Position numbers and translations under genes: made by a program | The notes under the pieces: generated by a model | Seen by the model: only the letters and a program-made list of their open reading frames with translations | Databases searched by the model: none | Told to the model about the DNA's origin: nothing | Origin: Setoptus koraiensis | Lineage: Eukaryota; Animalia; Arthropoda | Direction: 5' to 3' | DNA: 64,000 nucleotides | NCBI GenBank assembly: GCA_048013815.1 | Contig: CM106586.1 | Location: 10,602,001 to 10,666,000, forward strand | Shown: positions 22,427 to 35,371 of the stretch, piece by piece | Layout: each line of letters begins with the position of its first letter | Numbering within the stretch: position 1 is the first letter of the stretch

Positions 22427-23854
22427 ATGTCTCAGAGACAGGGTCTAACTGACAGGCAGCGAGGTATTTCCGTCAACAGAAACTTGAACAATTTGATTCA
22501 GCCGAACAACAATGCCCCAGACCAACAGCATGCCTTCAAGAACCCCACCATCAACATGTTGAAGGCTCGCGCTTTCGCCAATAACGACAATCAATCGAAG
22601 ACAACGTTAGTCCAGAAGGGCCGCCTCTCAACACTTGTATCTAATCATCAAACCACGACGAAGCTCAACAATGTCAATCATGACGAAAATGCGCCCATTG
22701 CCGCTCATGGTATCGATCTACCTCAGCTAGATCCGCTAACAGGTAAATTATCAAAGTTGAAATTAAACATCGCTGACAACAATGTCGCCGCCGCTGCTGC
22801 CATCGCAACCGCCAATAACACCGTCAATAATGTGCCACAAGTAACCTTGGGTGATATTTTTAAAAAGAGAGCCTCCAGTAGGATACCAAGACTATCTATA
22901 AGGCCACAACCGCCCATTGAGACGCCTGTTGATGAGCAGCCTATGGACATAACCTTTATCGATGACGACGACGGCTTACCGGAAGGAGTTGAAGACATTG
23001 ACAATCCCACTAGTCGTGATGCTATCTTTCAGGTTACAGATTTCGTCAAAGATATCTATGAATACTTACGCTACCTGGAGAAGGTCCAGTGCATACATCC
23101 AAATTTTCTAAAGAATCAAAAAATCTACACAGCCCGTATTAGAACGCGCTTGGTTAACTGGTGTATTCAAATTCATGAGCAACTCAAATTGCTACCCGAA
23201 ACACTATATTTAGCAATTGCCATCATGGATCGTTATTTTCAAGCTGTCGATAACGTTCAGCAGAACCAAGTTCAACTTATTGGAGCTGTAGCATTGTTTG
23301 TAGCTTCAAAATACGAAGAAATATACCCACCTGACATAAGTGATCTAGTTCATCTTTGCACTGGTAATTATCATCGCCGTGATATAATAAAAATGGAAAT
23401 AAGCATTCTCAAGGCATTGCAGTTTGATTTGGGTCGCCCACTGCCACTGTCATTTTTAAGAAGATTCTCGAGAGTAGCCCATTGTGACCTGAAAATGCAC
23501 ACTTTGGCAAAATATTTAATGGAACTTTCCCTTTGTGAATATGAATGTGCCCATTGGAAGCCATCTCTGTTAGCAGCATCAGCATTGTACGTGACAATAG
23601 TACTTATGGGCGATGGTCTATGGACTAGATCGCTGATATATTATACTGGCTATGAGGAACATCAACTCAAAGCGCACGCATCTATTTTGTGTAAACTGAT
23701 CAAGAAAAGCACGAAGTCCCCTCAGCTTTACAATGCTTATAAAAAATATTCCTCTTCAGTTGCTCTATGGTCACCACTTAGATCTCCGAATGTCGATAAA
23801 CTTGCTACCCACAATTTGTCTTGCAAACTACCTACTATTAACGCCGCAATGTAA
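22427..23854 (+). CDS. CycB: G2/M cyclin B, intronless, 475 aa
   Basis: LPEGVEDID..VKDIYEYLRYLE, LLPETLYLAIAIMDRY, VASKYEEIYPP, LGRPLPLSFLRRFSR (cyclin B signature), AKYLMELSL. Confidence 0.9.
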   Translation: MSQRQGLTDRQRGISVNRNLNNLIQPNNNAPDQQHAFKNPTINMLKARAFANNDNQSKTTLVQKGRLSTLVSNHQTTTKLNNVNHDENAPIAAHGIDLPQLDPLTGKLSKLKLNIADNNVAAAAAIATANNTVNNVPQVTLGDIFKKRASSRIPRLSIRPQPPIETPVDEQPMDITFIDDDDGLPEGVEDIDNPTSRDAIFQVTDFVKDIYEYLRYLEKVQCIHPNFLKNQKIYTARIRTRLVNWCIQIHEQLKLLPETLYLAIAIMDRYFQAVDNVQQNQVQLIGAVALFVASKYEEIYPPDISDLVHLCTGNYHRRDIIKMEISILKALQFDLGRPLPLSFLRRFSRVAHCDLKMHTLAKYLMELSLCEYECAHWKPSLLAASALYVTIVLMGDGLWTRSLIYYTGYEEHQLKAHASILCKLIKKSTKSPQLYNAYKKYSSSVALWSPLRSPNVDKLATHNLSCKLPTINAAM

Positions 23855-26618
23855 TTATCTCATCGAAACATCATGACAACACTAATTATTTATATCATTT
23901 TTCATGTAGCCACCAACAGCACCAACAATAAACAAACTTTGATCAGATGTCGCGTGTTGCACTAAGCTTGTAATAAAACTACACGATTTCTATAATCGAC
24001 AACTGACCACTTGTTTCATACCACCATATTTCTCTTACATTTCCCACTTTGCTCGACTACATGGTTACCAGGCTGCACGACGTTACGGCGATTGAGAGAA
24101 CGATCAGCTCAATTCGATGCTTGATTGTCACAAAGCTAAATACTTTTGTCACTATTTAGCTAGTAGGTAATGATCAAGTGATCCGTATCATCAATTTCAC
24201 GTGCAATTATCCAGTGCTGGCTACTCTTTTTCTGCTCCCCTCACTCAAGTTAGGTGATCGAGATGGGAGGCAAATGTCGTTACTGCGATAGATGTAGTTT
24301 TCTGATGGGTCATTATTTGTAGTGTGATTTTTCCCACAACCAACGAAGCCATATTCTTTAACAATGACAATAGTTATTTACAGCCATTAGCTGAATTTGC
24401 TTGATCAGTTATATCTACCGTTTTATGTTATGTCACATAACTTATGTGACATAAGTGAAACTCATGAAGAATTATCGGCGGCTCCAAGGAAAGCGACGAG
24501 AGCTCACGAATGTTATTCATTCAGTCGACCTTGGAGTTTTAGACAAAAGTCAAAGATGAGTCACCAAAGTCGGCCAAGTTGATGAACTCAAATAGTGCAT
24601 TAGGTCAACCATCTAGACACACAAAATGATCCCATCAAACCGTTGGTAATTACGTACACGTAAACTATCCAAGCGGTTGATCAATAATGCTACTATGAAT
24701 AATTACTCTAAAAATAAGCTCTAGTGTAAAGGCTGGCATTAGATAAGTTCTCTTTTACAACGTGAAGAATGTACATTTAGCGCCTCTCAAGGCGTCTGGT
24801 GCGATATCAGTGATATAAAAATCACTAATTAAAACTTAAAACTATTTATAATGACTGTCACGAATAATCCCGAGCTGACATTATACATGTGAAACCAAGC
24901 TGAAAGAACAAGCTTAATTCTGAGTGTTTATCTTATTTCGGTTGAATTCAGCTTTTTTTTACACGATCTCCATCAGATTGAACATATCAACGTTGGATTG
25001 TTCGTATTCACGAATTATATAGCCGAAATATCTATTGAAACTAACATCAATATTCGATTTGGAAAAATGATCGCGTATTCGACTTGAACATAAGATATAC
25101 ATTCATCCTAAGATAGCGGTCTGATTAGTGGTTCATTAGGTTCTCTACAATATTTAGCTGTCAAAACGTGCTCAGTCTATCATATTTTACTGTCTAGCAT
25201 ATTATATAATAGTGACCATATATAGACATAATAATTTATTTTCAAGTGGTAATAGATCTTTTTGGCAAAACTCATTTAGTGCTAATGATACCGAGCAACT
25301 CTGAATAATAAGCTATAGACTCAATTTGAGCAATACCAATGCACTAGTAAGTATTTATATAAATATCAATAACGGAAAGAACTGCACTTGTTATATTTAT
25401 ATATAAATATATAACATGAATTCATGTCTGGTATTCACGCAACAAGTTTATCATCAACTTTAATACTTGGGTCATTAGCAACCAAAATGCCCTTAACTCA
25501 CTACTGCTGACCATCGGGACTTGATTAATAACAACATTTAGCGGTTCAGTAGTAACGTTACGTTGATCAAATAAAATGATAGATGAGGAATTGTTGTTAT
25601 TATTGTTGTGTGAAACTGGTAAAAAACTGGTTGCCGAGCCAGTTTTTTTACTCAATTTATATTACCACGTTACTCATACTCATCTCTGTATGACCATTGC
25701 GCTTAGTATGATGTGATATGAGGAGAAAAACAAACAATTATGCCGTCGATATTGCATAAGTAAGCTTACAATCAAGTTGGTACATGGACAGAGCGAGAGA
25801 TTGAGAGGGAGAGAATGAGTTGTAGTAGCGGTGGGTCGTTCGAGCAATCCGAGCGCGTAACAAGTGTAGTGTAGCAAAACTAGTTAGATAAGTAATGTAG
25901 CAAGACAAATTGTATCAACAAGGAAAGATTGCATAATTGTGAGTACATAGATAAGGCGATAAAACACACACACACGCATATATTTACCGTTCACAATATC
26001 ACAAATGTGTTTATACTATTGAGCTCCTACATTGTCATTATTAACCGAAGCCATTGATCAGTAACCCTGACCCCTTTTTGTCCTTGCCCACTCAGACGCG
26101 CAAACAAATTCATTGCTCATATGTTCTACCAGTTTGTTACCGATTACGTAACTTTCTACCTGAGTCCAGTAATCACCTAACGAGCTACTGCTCGATCACT
26201 TACTCTTACATGCTGTGTATCTCGTGCAGATGATACATTAATGCTCAAATCTAAATCGAGCCAGCAGCGGGTAACCTTCGTAAAGTAAATATTCAGCTAA
26301 TTAGAAGACTTAAAAGTTGGTGAGAATTACTGAATTAGTATTAGCAATAGCTTAATCAATGGTGGGATAGTCTAGTCTGGTGAGTTACATATTTTCTAGC
26401 TTAATCTACTTGGTCTCATAGAATTCTGTGTACCAGCTACACACTGAAGGTCTTATGGTATTTGAATAGTGCATCCCTTTTACCATAGAGACTGGACGTT
26501 GGTTTGTTCCTTCTGTTTCTTCGATCAACCCACAAATAATAGCCCTATACTAGACATACGTCCCATGTAGTATTAGAGATTGGTGCTGTATAACTTAAAT
26601 GTCCATTCGATGAGATCA

Positions 26619-26657
26619 TATAAAAGAAGCTCGAGATAAGCTTAGAGTATCAGTCAG
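26619..26657 (+). promoter_or_regulatory. TATA box + Initiator core promoter
   Basis: TATAAAA at 26619-26625 and TCAGTC at 26650-26655, at near-canonical spacing and ~120 bp upstream of the ATG at 26772. Confidence 0.6.
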
Positions 26658-26771
26658 TAAATTGTCTTCAATCAAATAACAGTATTTGAAAAAAAAAACT
26701 CGATCGATCCATACATAAGCGTAATAGCTTTTTGCAAACAAACAACAACAACAACACCAAAGCCAATCAAA

Positions 26772-27196
26772 ATGAACAAACAGGTAAGTTTATAGATATA
26801 GAGCTAGCGAGATGGACAATATAGAATATTGTTTCATCTGAACAGTAAAGTTGTTGTTTGTCATCACTGCCAACAGCAATAATCATTTTGACACACATGA
26901 AAACACCAAAAACTAATAATAAACCAAAAAACTTGGTATTGTAATTATTATTGTCATTGTTATACAATTACGTGCAGATCATCATCGTTTTCGCTCTATT
27001 CGCACTTGTCGCCTGTGTCGCCGCTCAATACGGTGGTGGATACGAGGAAGAAGACAACCACAAGAAATTCATCCAATTGCCAATTCCAAAAGTGAAAATT
27101 TCTTTGGACAAACTATTGTTGCCATTGCCAAACTTGGCAATGTTGTTCAAACAAGAACAACAACCATACTACCCACCACCACAACAATACTACTAA
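26772..27196 (+). CDS. Small secreted Tyr/Gly/Pro-rich protein, 2 exons, 76 aa
   Basis: Micro-exon ATGAACAAACAG|GTAAGT (26772-26783), acceptor TGCAG|, exon 2 26978-27196. Protein MNKQIIIVFALFALVACVAA-QYGGGYEEEDNHKKFIQLPIPKVKISLDKLLLPLPNLAMLFKQEQQPYYPPPQQYY. Confidence 0.8.
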
Positions 27197-28130
27197 TTTA
27201 ATCACGGTTAAATAGTTGAATTGTGAATGTTGCACACAACTGGAGATGGAGCCATCTAAGGGGACGTGTCTATTTACTTTTTCATCTTTAATTTTAATTT
27301 ATAATTATTTATATAATTTATAATACCGATCAACCAATCAATCCAAAATCAAGCAAATATTGGTCATTACGTGGTTATTACGATGACGATATTTAAACTT
27401 ATTCGACTAACATACTACAACTAAAAACAACTGATGATTATCGTCGCTAGTTGTAAGATGGTCAAAAGCTTTTATCTCAGTATCTGAACATCCGATAACA
27501 TGCATAACAACAATAGACAACTGTTTCCCAACTGGACACTGGATTTGATTATGATCATTAGGTTGTTTATAACGAATACAGGTGCATCACAGGATGCAGT
27601 TCGAGGACACACAATGGATCACGATCAACGGTCGTGAACCTTGTAAATTGTATGTAGATCCGATCAAGAGTCCGTATCGACCATATATAGCTCGCATAGA
27701 GTTTCTATTATTGTTACGTAAACTGAGAGAAATAAAATAACAATTAAACAAACAAAACTTAGTTGCATCATCTTGTTGTTTCATTACTAATTACGCAATT
27801 ACATCAGATTGTATAAATGTGCGTACAGCAATCTTTGGTTGAATATAGTTCGTGCCTTCGCCGCCAGATGCTGGACAAGCACATTTCGCAAAGCATGCGC
27901 ACCTTCTGCTTGTGTGTGTACGCAACCCTTTAGTTTCTTACATTTTTATTTCTCTGAAAATACTTTGGCAGTGGCAATATTATTTAAAACAAATATCGTC
28001 ATACCTGTATTTTAGAATAACATGATTAAATAGTAAGAGCCATAATACATAAACAAATTATCTACCATTGCCTCAGTTATACGACATTGGGGCAATAGAA
28101 GAGGTCAAAGAAGTCGGAATAGACTGAATC

Positions 28131-29246
28131 ATGGGAAGATCCAACGCGACAGTATGCGACGGACCAGGTTGCACCGAGGAGGCCAAATTCAAATGTCCGA
28201 AGTGTATTGAGCTCAGTATAGACTCGTCGTTTTGTTCACAGGATTGCTTCAAGAAAAACTGGTCGCAACACAAACTGGTCCATGGTAACAAGGATAGAAT
28301 AAACGAATACAATCCGTGGCCAGATTTTACATTTACTGGCGATCTGCGGCCCTATCCAAGATCGGCCCCACGCAAGGTTCCTGACACAATACAGAAGCCC
28401 GATTATGCCGATCATCCGCTTGGCAGGGCACTCAGCGAGGAGGACATTAAAGACAGCACACAAATTAAAGTTTTAAATGAGGCCGACATTGAGAGTATGC
28501 GCGTTGTGTCTAAATTGGCTCGCGAGGTACTGGACGAGGCCGCCAAAGTGGCCGCAGTTGGTGTCACCACGGACGAGATTGATAGAGTGGTACACGAGGC
28601 CTGTATTGAGCGTGACTGCTACCCGTCGCCCTTAAATTATTACAAGTTTCCTAAATCTTGTTGTACCTCTGTCAATGAGGTCATCTGTCACGGAATACCA
28701 GATATGCGCCCATTGAAGAATGGCGACATTGTCAATGTAGATATCACCGTTTACCACAAGGGATTTCATGGCGACTTAAGTGAGACATTACTAATCGGCG
28801 ACGTGTCTGAGGAACACAAAAAACTTGTTCGAGTCACATGGGAATGTTTACAAAAGGGTATTCAATTAGTGAGACCCGGCGTCAAATACCGCGAAATTGG
28901 CGATGTTATTCAGAGGCATGCAAGTTCATTTGGCTATTCTGTCGTAAAATCGTATTGTGGCCACGGAATCAATAGACTGTTTCATACTGCGCCCAAGGTT
29001 CCACATTATGCTAAAAACAAAACAATTGGTATCATACAACCTGGACACACCTTCACTATAGAGCCGATGATATCCGAATCGACATGGCGTGACACATCTT
29101 GGCCAGACAAATGGACTGCGGTCACTGTTGATGGCAAGAGATCGGCTCAATTTGAGGAAACTCTACTTGCCACCGAGTCAGGTTGCGAGATACTCACTAG
29201 AAGAAGAGCCAACAATGGCCAACCATACTTTATGGACAAAAAATAA
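28131..29246 (+). CDS. METAP1: Methionine aminopeptidase 1
   Basis: N-terminal C6H2 zinc finger, [28 protein letters not shown], metal ligands in VNVDIT, HGDLSET, GHGI and TIEPMI. Confidence 0.97.
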   Translation: MGRSNATVCDGPGCTEEAKFKCPKCIELSIDSSFCSQDCFKKNWSQHKLVHGNKDRINEYNPWPDFTFTGDLRPYPRSAPRKVPDTIQKPDYADHPLGRALSEEDIKDSTQIKVLNEADIESMRVVSKLAREVLDEAAKVAAVGVTTDEIDRVVHEACIERDCYPSPLNYYKFPKSCCTSVNEVICHGIPDMRPLKNGDIVNVDITVYHKGFHGDLSETLLIGDVSEEHKKLVRVTWECLQKGIQLVRPGVKYREIGDVIQRHASSFGYSVVKSYCGHGINRLFHTAPKVPHYAKNKTIGIIQPGHTFTIEPMISESTWRDTSWPDKWTAVTVDGKRSAQFEETLLATESGCEILTRRRANNGQPYFMDKK

Positions 29247-29825
29247 ATTCAGTAATGAAATTGTTCAATCCATGGTAGATTCTTATAACTAAACAGAACA
29301 GGATTGGCTCTTTCGGTATAATTGAGCGCTAGGTCGAAAGTCTGAACTTATGATGAATTTGGTTTAATCAATAAATGTCATCTGAAATAATCAATGTGTA
29401 CCCACTACTACTACCTATTAAGTATTATTATGAACCATCTATCTTTACCATGATCGTCTATGTTAGATGTATTGTAGTGTATGTATGATTATGTAGGATT
29501 AGCTCAAGTCGATTTGTACAAGAGCAAATCAAGCATGTGTGTATGAACTAGCCAGCACCAAAGACCTCCGTCGAGACAGGTTTACGATTCATAATAAATG
29601 AGAGAGAATTCAATAGTCTTCTGTCAAGGATGTCTGAGATAAGAGCAGTCGAGAATAAAGGCTGGCAAGACAATTGGGCTTGCCAATAGGGCTTGCCAAT
29701 AGAATAGACTATATAGTTATCGTTTATAAATTTATCCATACAATGTATACAATAACCTGGATCTGGAATATACAACTATGTTATTTCTGTTTGGCTAGAA
29801 AAGATTGCCCCTCCCATTTCACCCA

Positions 29826-30274
29826 TCATATAATACTGATAGGTGGTTGCTCAGGTTGATTGAAGAATGTGGATATTGGTATCGGATTGGCCATGTAGGA
29901 CATGACTACCGCGGACAACGATAGCATGAAGCTACTAAGAATTTGTTTGAAATCATCGTTTACACGTGTACTCGAATAGCCAACTGCTGAACACACGAGA
30001 GCCATCCAGGCACAAGATTTATATTTTAAGACTATGCCTAACATGCTAAATAGCATGCTGAATATGTTCATGTACTCCGCCAAATTGTCTTCGGTGACAA
30101 TGTTGACCCAAAGATGAGGCTTGTACCTGGGTGGGTGAAGAGACGAGGTAACTAGAGAGTTGAGTACTTCTACTTACGGCGATGGCAACAAACACTAGTG
30201 GTAACAAACAATGCCTCTCTTGCTGGTACTTACGGGTGAACCTTGTCAGGTCTCTTTAAATCAGCACCGTCCAT
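29826..30274 (-). CDS. WDR83OS: PAT complex subunit Asterix (WDR83OS), 2 exons, 113 aa
   Basis: Exon 1 30274-30234 (MDGADLKRPDKVH) and exon 2 30126-29826, phase-2 GT-AG intron. YKP...EYMNIFSMLFSMLGIVLKYKSCAW...KQILSSFMLSLSAVVMSYMANP. Confidence 0.88.
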
Positions 30275-31046
30275 GCTCGTTGAACTCTAGATGGTTCACT
30301 AATTTAACAAGTTGTCCTAGAACTGCTAGCTCCCGCGAAATATGGCAGTTGACTAGGTATTTAACTAGACGATAATGAAAACAAATGGCGATGAGGATGA
30401 TGTTTCAGAAGAAATCCAATCATATGATCGGTACTCGACCAATTATCCGAGTCGGCACATGCAAGGCGCGCGCGCATCAGAAAAGTCAAAGCTCAGAAAA
30501 GTTTATGTGTGGCGGCAAATTTGAGCGAGAAAAAAGTCGAGAAGGGCCGCGTTCGTGCAAGAGGACTTTGGGTCCTAAAGTTTGGGACGAAATTGTTGAC
30601 AGAATGACACATTGATGGTATATCGACTTTTGTCATTCAAGACAATGTTAGTGTTCTTTTGAGTTTTGTTCTCGAGTAAGATAGCAACTGATTTATTATT
30701 TCGATGAAGGTTATGATATAAATATGTGTACTGTATGTGTATTAAAATGGACAATATCTCACAAACATAAAATGGAGGTATAAGTGGACGTGTGTTCTAT
30801 AATGAATACCATCAGTAAGGTTTGGTTTATCGATTATTTATGTGGGTGCAATATCAATATGTAATTTGTGTGTAATTGTTGGCTAAATTGTTGTGTATAT
30901 GTTATATAGTGGATAGCACTTTCATGCTTTGCCATGCCATGCTTCATTTGCTGGCTACTTGTTTTTGTGGTTATTGACGTTGTTGGCTGGTTCAGTCGTT
31001 TATGGTGATTTTGTGTTTAACATCATCATTCAATAATTCATCAAAT

Positions 31047-31895
31047 TTAACATGATCGGCGAAGAGTATAATTGGCTCCATTATTGTTGTCCCAATAGAC
31101 TTCATTATTAGCTGAATACCTAATAGCAAATATGACCCTTTGGCCAGGTAAAAATTGTTTAACCGCATTGGTGACACTAAACGTTGACGTAAATTTGTCG
31201 CTCCATCCATCGCGACTCTCAGGTATATAGCTGGCTAATGAGTCTGTCCATGTTGACCATTCATTAGTTGTGAATCTAACAATAACAGATTTTTCGTATG
31301 AGATATTGGCCACTCTAACTGAACAAATGATACTAACGTTGCCGGCACTGTTAGTTACATTACATGTCTCTAGGCTAACTTTATTGCGTTTGACACGTTC
31401 ATGAAAGCTTATGAGGGATACTGGCTGGGGGTGGTCAAACGTGAATAATTTTCTAGGTGAATTTTTGACATTTGAAGACATAATAGGTAGAGATGATTGT
31501 TTTTGAATTGCATGATGATGATTATGAGGATGGTAGTTGTTGTTGTTGTTGTAGTGGTTGTTGTAGTTGATAATGCTACTAAGATTGCTATAGTTAAGAT
31601 TGTTGCTATTATTTTTGGCGTTGCTATGATTGTTGTTAATAGTACTAATATTATTGTTAATATTATTATTATTATTGTGATTGTTGTTGGTATGATTCTT
31701 CGGCGAATTTGATAATATTGAGTATTGGCAAGATGATAAAAATATCGACACTAGATCCAATCCTAGAGCGTCAGCAAATCTGACCTTCCTCTCGTGTCGA
31801 TTGTTGTGACCATTTGAGATAATAGAATTGGACGAAGACGTTGTCTTCAACGAGGTCATCTTAACCAGGGGCCTCTGTCTATTTCCTTGAATCAT
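31047..31895 (-). CDS. PP1 glycogen-targeting regulatory subunit (PPP1R3 family, CBM21)
   Basis: RVxF motif RKVRFADALGLDL and CBM21 motifs VRVANISYEKSVIVRFTTNEW, DKF, FAIRY...YWDNNNGANY. Confidence 0.9.
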   Translation of the reverse strand: MIQGNRQRPLVKMTSLKTTSSSNSIISNGHNNRHERKVRFADALGLDLVSIFLSSCQYSILSNSPKNHTNNNHNNNNNINNNISTINNNHSNAKNNSNNLNYSNLSSIINYNNHYNNNNNYHPHNHHHAIQKQSSLPIMSSNVKNSPRKLFTFDHPQPVSLISFHERVKRNKVSLETCNVTNSAGNVSIICSVRVANISYEKSVIVRFTTNEWSTWTDSLASYIPESRDGWSDKFTSTFSVTNAVKQFLPGQRVIFAIRYSANNEVYWDNNNGANYTLRRSC

Positions 31896-33863
31896 ATTGT
31901 TTGTTTTTTTTTTAAAAATTCAATAATAATAATGATAATGACAATAGTAACAATAATAATAATATTATTAGTGATAATGTATGTTACTGTAATGGATCGA
32001 TAATAATTAATGACTACATGAGAGACAATTCATGAGACACGGATACGCCGAGCTCATGGTGACTGAAGCGACTATATTTGTAGTATAGCGAAGTAGTGAG
32101 TCATGGTAGTGGCGCCCTATGTGACAAAGGGGGCTTAATATATATATATATATCTGTGACAAAGTAGGCTGTCTTGTCACACAATCGGCGCCAAATACAA
32201 TTTCAAGCAAGTTTAAATAGATAAATCAAGTTTCAGCAAATTAACGCCAGTCGCTTGACAAACAAAGCTTAATGATACAATACGATTGTTGTAAGCTTGA
32301 TGTTGTAAGCGAGCGAGCGAGCAACAATATCGCTAGATACTTACCACTCGATACTGTATTCATGTTGTGTTAAATGTGATAGTTATAGCAAATGTGTATA
32401 TAATTGTGAGTGAAATAATTGGTTGATTATTTGATTGCTAATTGCTAATTCTCGTCGTGTAGAGATTGGCGAGCGCCCAATTATAGGTAAGGCAGGCTGG
32501 CAAAGTTTTGGCGGTGACTACAAGTATATATAACTTTTGAGAAAGACATCAGGAAGTAACATTTGATCTCGTTTGTTTGTGTATTGTGTGTGTTTGCTTG
32601 ATTGTTTGATCGATTTAAAAATTACTTTGTGTATATAAAAATAAAAAATGTGTGTCAGTCTATACTTGAGTATGTTATATGGCAAAACAGTAGACTAACT
32701 AACACACTAGCGAGCTTGCCCTAACGAGCTATGTGGATGCCTGGCTGGCAGGCAGGCTGGCAGGCTGGTGGGAGAAAGAAGGCACAACATGTAGCAACAA
32801 CGATGAGAGATAAGTAATTACTAAAGATTGACCCTGTCTCCCTTGTATCTGGCATACCGATGTATCTAGCCCGATACCCTATGTATTAGGCAGCAGTAAC
32901 TGGTGAGTGTGGCGAAAAGCAAGCAAGAGCCACTTGACAAATCAGTCAAACAGTCACACTGTCAATAGTTGCCGATAATAATCTGGCTATTTTATCTAAT
33001 TAGTCATCTCTATTATTATTATTATTGCTATTACTATTATTTTGATTGTGGTGGTATTGCCTATTGTCTAATCACACATTAGTGGTGGGCACTAGACTCA
33101 AGTTAAACTCATACCATCAAGTGTCGAGCGCTGACAAGCAGCCGACGGGCCACCAATAGTCAACCACAGTCAGTCATTATTCACACATTAATCTCCTCCT
33201 CTGTGTCTCGCTCTTTTATTGTTTATTTTCATCTTATTATATATCTCTCTCTCTTTCTACGATAGTTAGCCTTGTTGTGTTAGCTAGTTTATAAGTCTTG
33301 CTGATGATTCGTCAGTGTGTATGGTCACGCCAAGCGCCTGTGTAGCTTTGCTGGCTGGCAAGACACAAAACATGTTAGTAGTGGTAGTAAATTGTTTAGT
33401 TAACACGTGCTTAACTAGTGTTCCGACCATCATTTTGTTGTTGTATATTATACAGCATTTATCATACAATTACTAATATCATCATTCGCTTGTTTGTTTG
33501 TATGTGTGATTGTGATTAAATGACAGTGGCAAAGGTGGCAAAACTGACAAATTCTAAATGCTCCAGTGACAAGCGCCTTATCTAATTCGTCGTACATTGC
33601 ATTGCACATCCTCTCTAGCTGGCCTGCATCTGGCGGCTTGTTGCTTCGAGCAATAGATAAAATTGCCATCATGATGATGGTGTGACAACAGCAACAACCC
33701 ACTAACTAACTAACCCATTGAATACAATTTGTAGCACACATATATTGTCAAATGATGATCAATTGAACTGACGGTGTGATCGGCAACTTATTTGGCCATT
33801 TGTCGACCAATTTGTGCTACCACAAATCGTCAGACAAAACAAATATTGCGGTTATAGGCAGCC

Positions 33864-33872
33864 CAACAACAA

Positions 33873-33903
<31 letters not shown>

Positions 33904-33929
33904 AACTACAACCACTACTGCTACAACAA
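33864..33929. repeat. (CAA/ACT)n trinucleotide microsatellite
   Basis: Direct reading. One of many CAA/GTT tracts, e.g. 2531-2552, 2600-2660, 43812-43852, 54651-54720. Confidence 0.9.
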
Positions 33930-35324
33930 TAATTATCTGTTTGTATCTGACAATTGTCAAGTTCAATAGTACTCGTGGCGCTACTATTCAATAAGCTTAC
34001 CGCCGGCTAACATTGTAATAATAATGATAGCCGGCAGTTCGATGTACCATACCAATAAACAGCCACCACACAATGTACTCTCGCTCTCTCCAGGCCACAA
34101 TTATGTAATTACTATTGTTGGCCGACTAATGTCATATTAGTCGGTATAATATCCCAATCTCGTCATCTGACAAGTGCACCGCAGATTATCTCGTGCAGTA
34201 TTGCCTATCTCTAGCAGCAGCAGCAGCAGCAGCAGCCATTGCAATTTGCAAGCAAACAAACAAGCAAGCAGCCAGCTGATGGGATAACTAATACTATAAT
34301 ATTATTGCAACTCAATGGCTATTTGAGACCATGATGGCTAGATGCACTTTGCTTCGCGATGAACCCTAGATAATCGCCACAAGCACAATCTGACAACATT
34401 GATTGCGAGCTGGGCCACTTGCTCTCAATGGCCGACAATAAGTAGTTGATGCTACACATATACGTACGAATATAAATATAATTCGCCAACAAATGGCTGC
34501 ATAAATATGCTAGTGTGCCCCCTGCCAAGGCCACATTCCTCTCGTGCATTTGAATGGCATTTGCCAGGCCTGGCCAGACCAATTTGCATCATCAGCAGGC
34601 AACCTGATATTGTGTTTGTGTCTATTGTTTAATGGGCCTGTTACATCAGTCTCATTAGGCGCATCAACAACATAAACAACAACGACGACGACGACAACAA
34701 CAACAACAACAACTCTAACCACATTGTGGTTGACACAACCTCACAGCAAAAAAGTGCGTCCGATTGTGCTGTCGCGTTGTTTATAAAATCACCTACAATT
34801 GCAACTTGATCAATCAGTGGGACACAGTGTTTAGCTTGTGAGACTCTCTCACTGTCTCGCCGTACAAACACACACTATCAGTCAGCAACGTGAGTGTGTG
34901 TTTGTTAATCACAAAAACAATCTCGCCACAAAACCAAACGCTCGCTCTCGCTATCGCAATCAAAATAACAATCTCGACAATTTAATCACAATCACACTCG
35001 ACTCGAGCGAAAACTAATAATAATCATAATAATAAATAATGGCAAGGCGCCTGCCTGTGGTAATAGTGGTGATGATACAGCGCGGGCATGCACAAGAGTA
35101 ATGCCACAAACATGATACAATCTTATGATTTCAATTAATTCAACATCATCAACATAATCAGTGCGCGCCACTTTATGGGGACACCACTTGTACTGGCGCA
35201 CTATTTATTTAGTCGTACTCGCTAGCTCTCCCTCTTGATTTTTGTGGTTGTTGTCGGCGCGCCATTACCATTAAATACTTAAATAATATATATAATATTT
35301 TTGCTGTTGGCGTTGTTGTTGCCG

Positions 35325-35325
<1 letters not shown>

Positions 35326-35364
<39 letters not shown>
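35326..35364. repeat. (GT)n dinucleotide microsatellite
   Basis: About 19 uninterrupted units. Confidence 0.95.

Positions 35365-35371
<7 letters not shown>

Noticed and set aside
29140-29170. MetAP1 C-terminal motif SAQFEETLL instead of SAQFEHTLL
   Set aside because: The metal-binding Glu is retained and, as I recall, the following residue varies among arthropod MetAP1s, so this is not evidence of inactivity.
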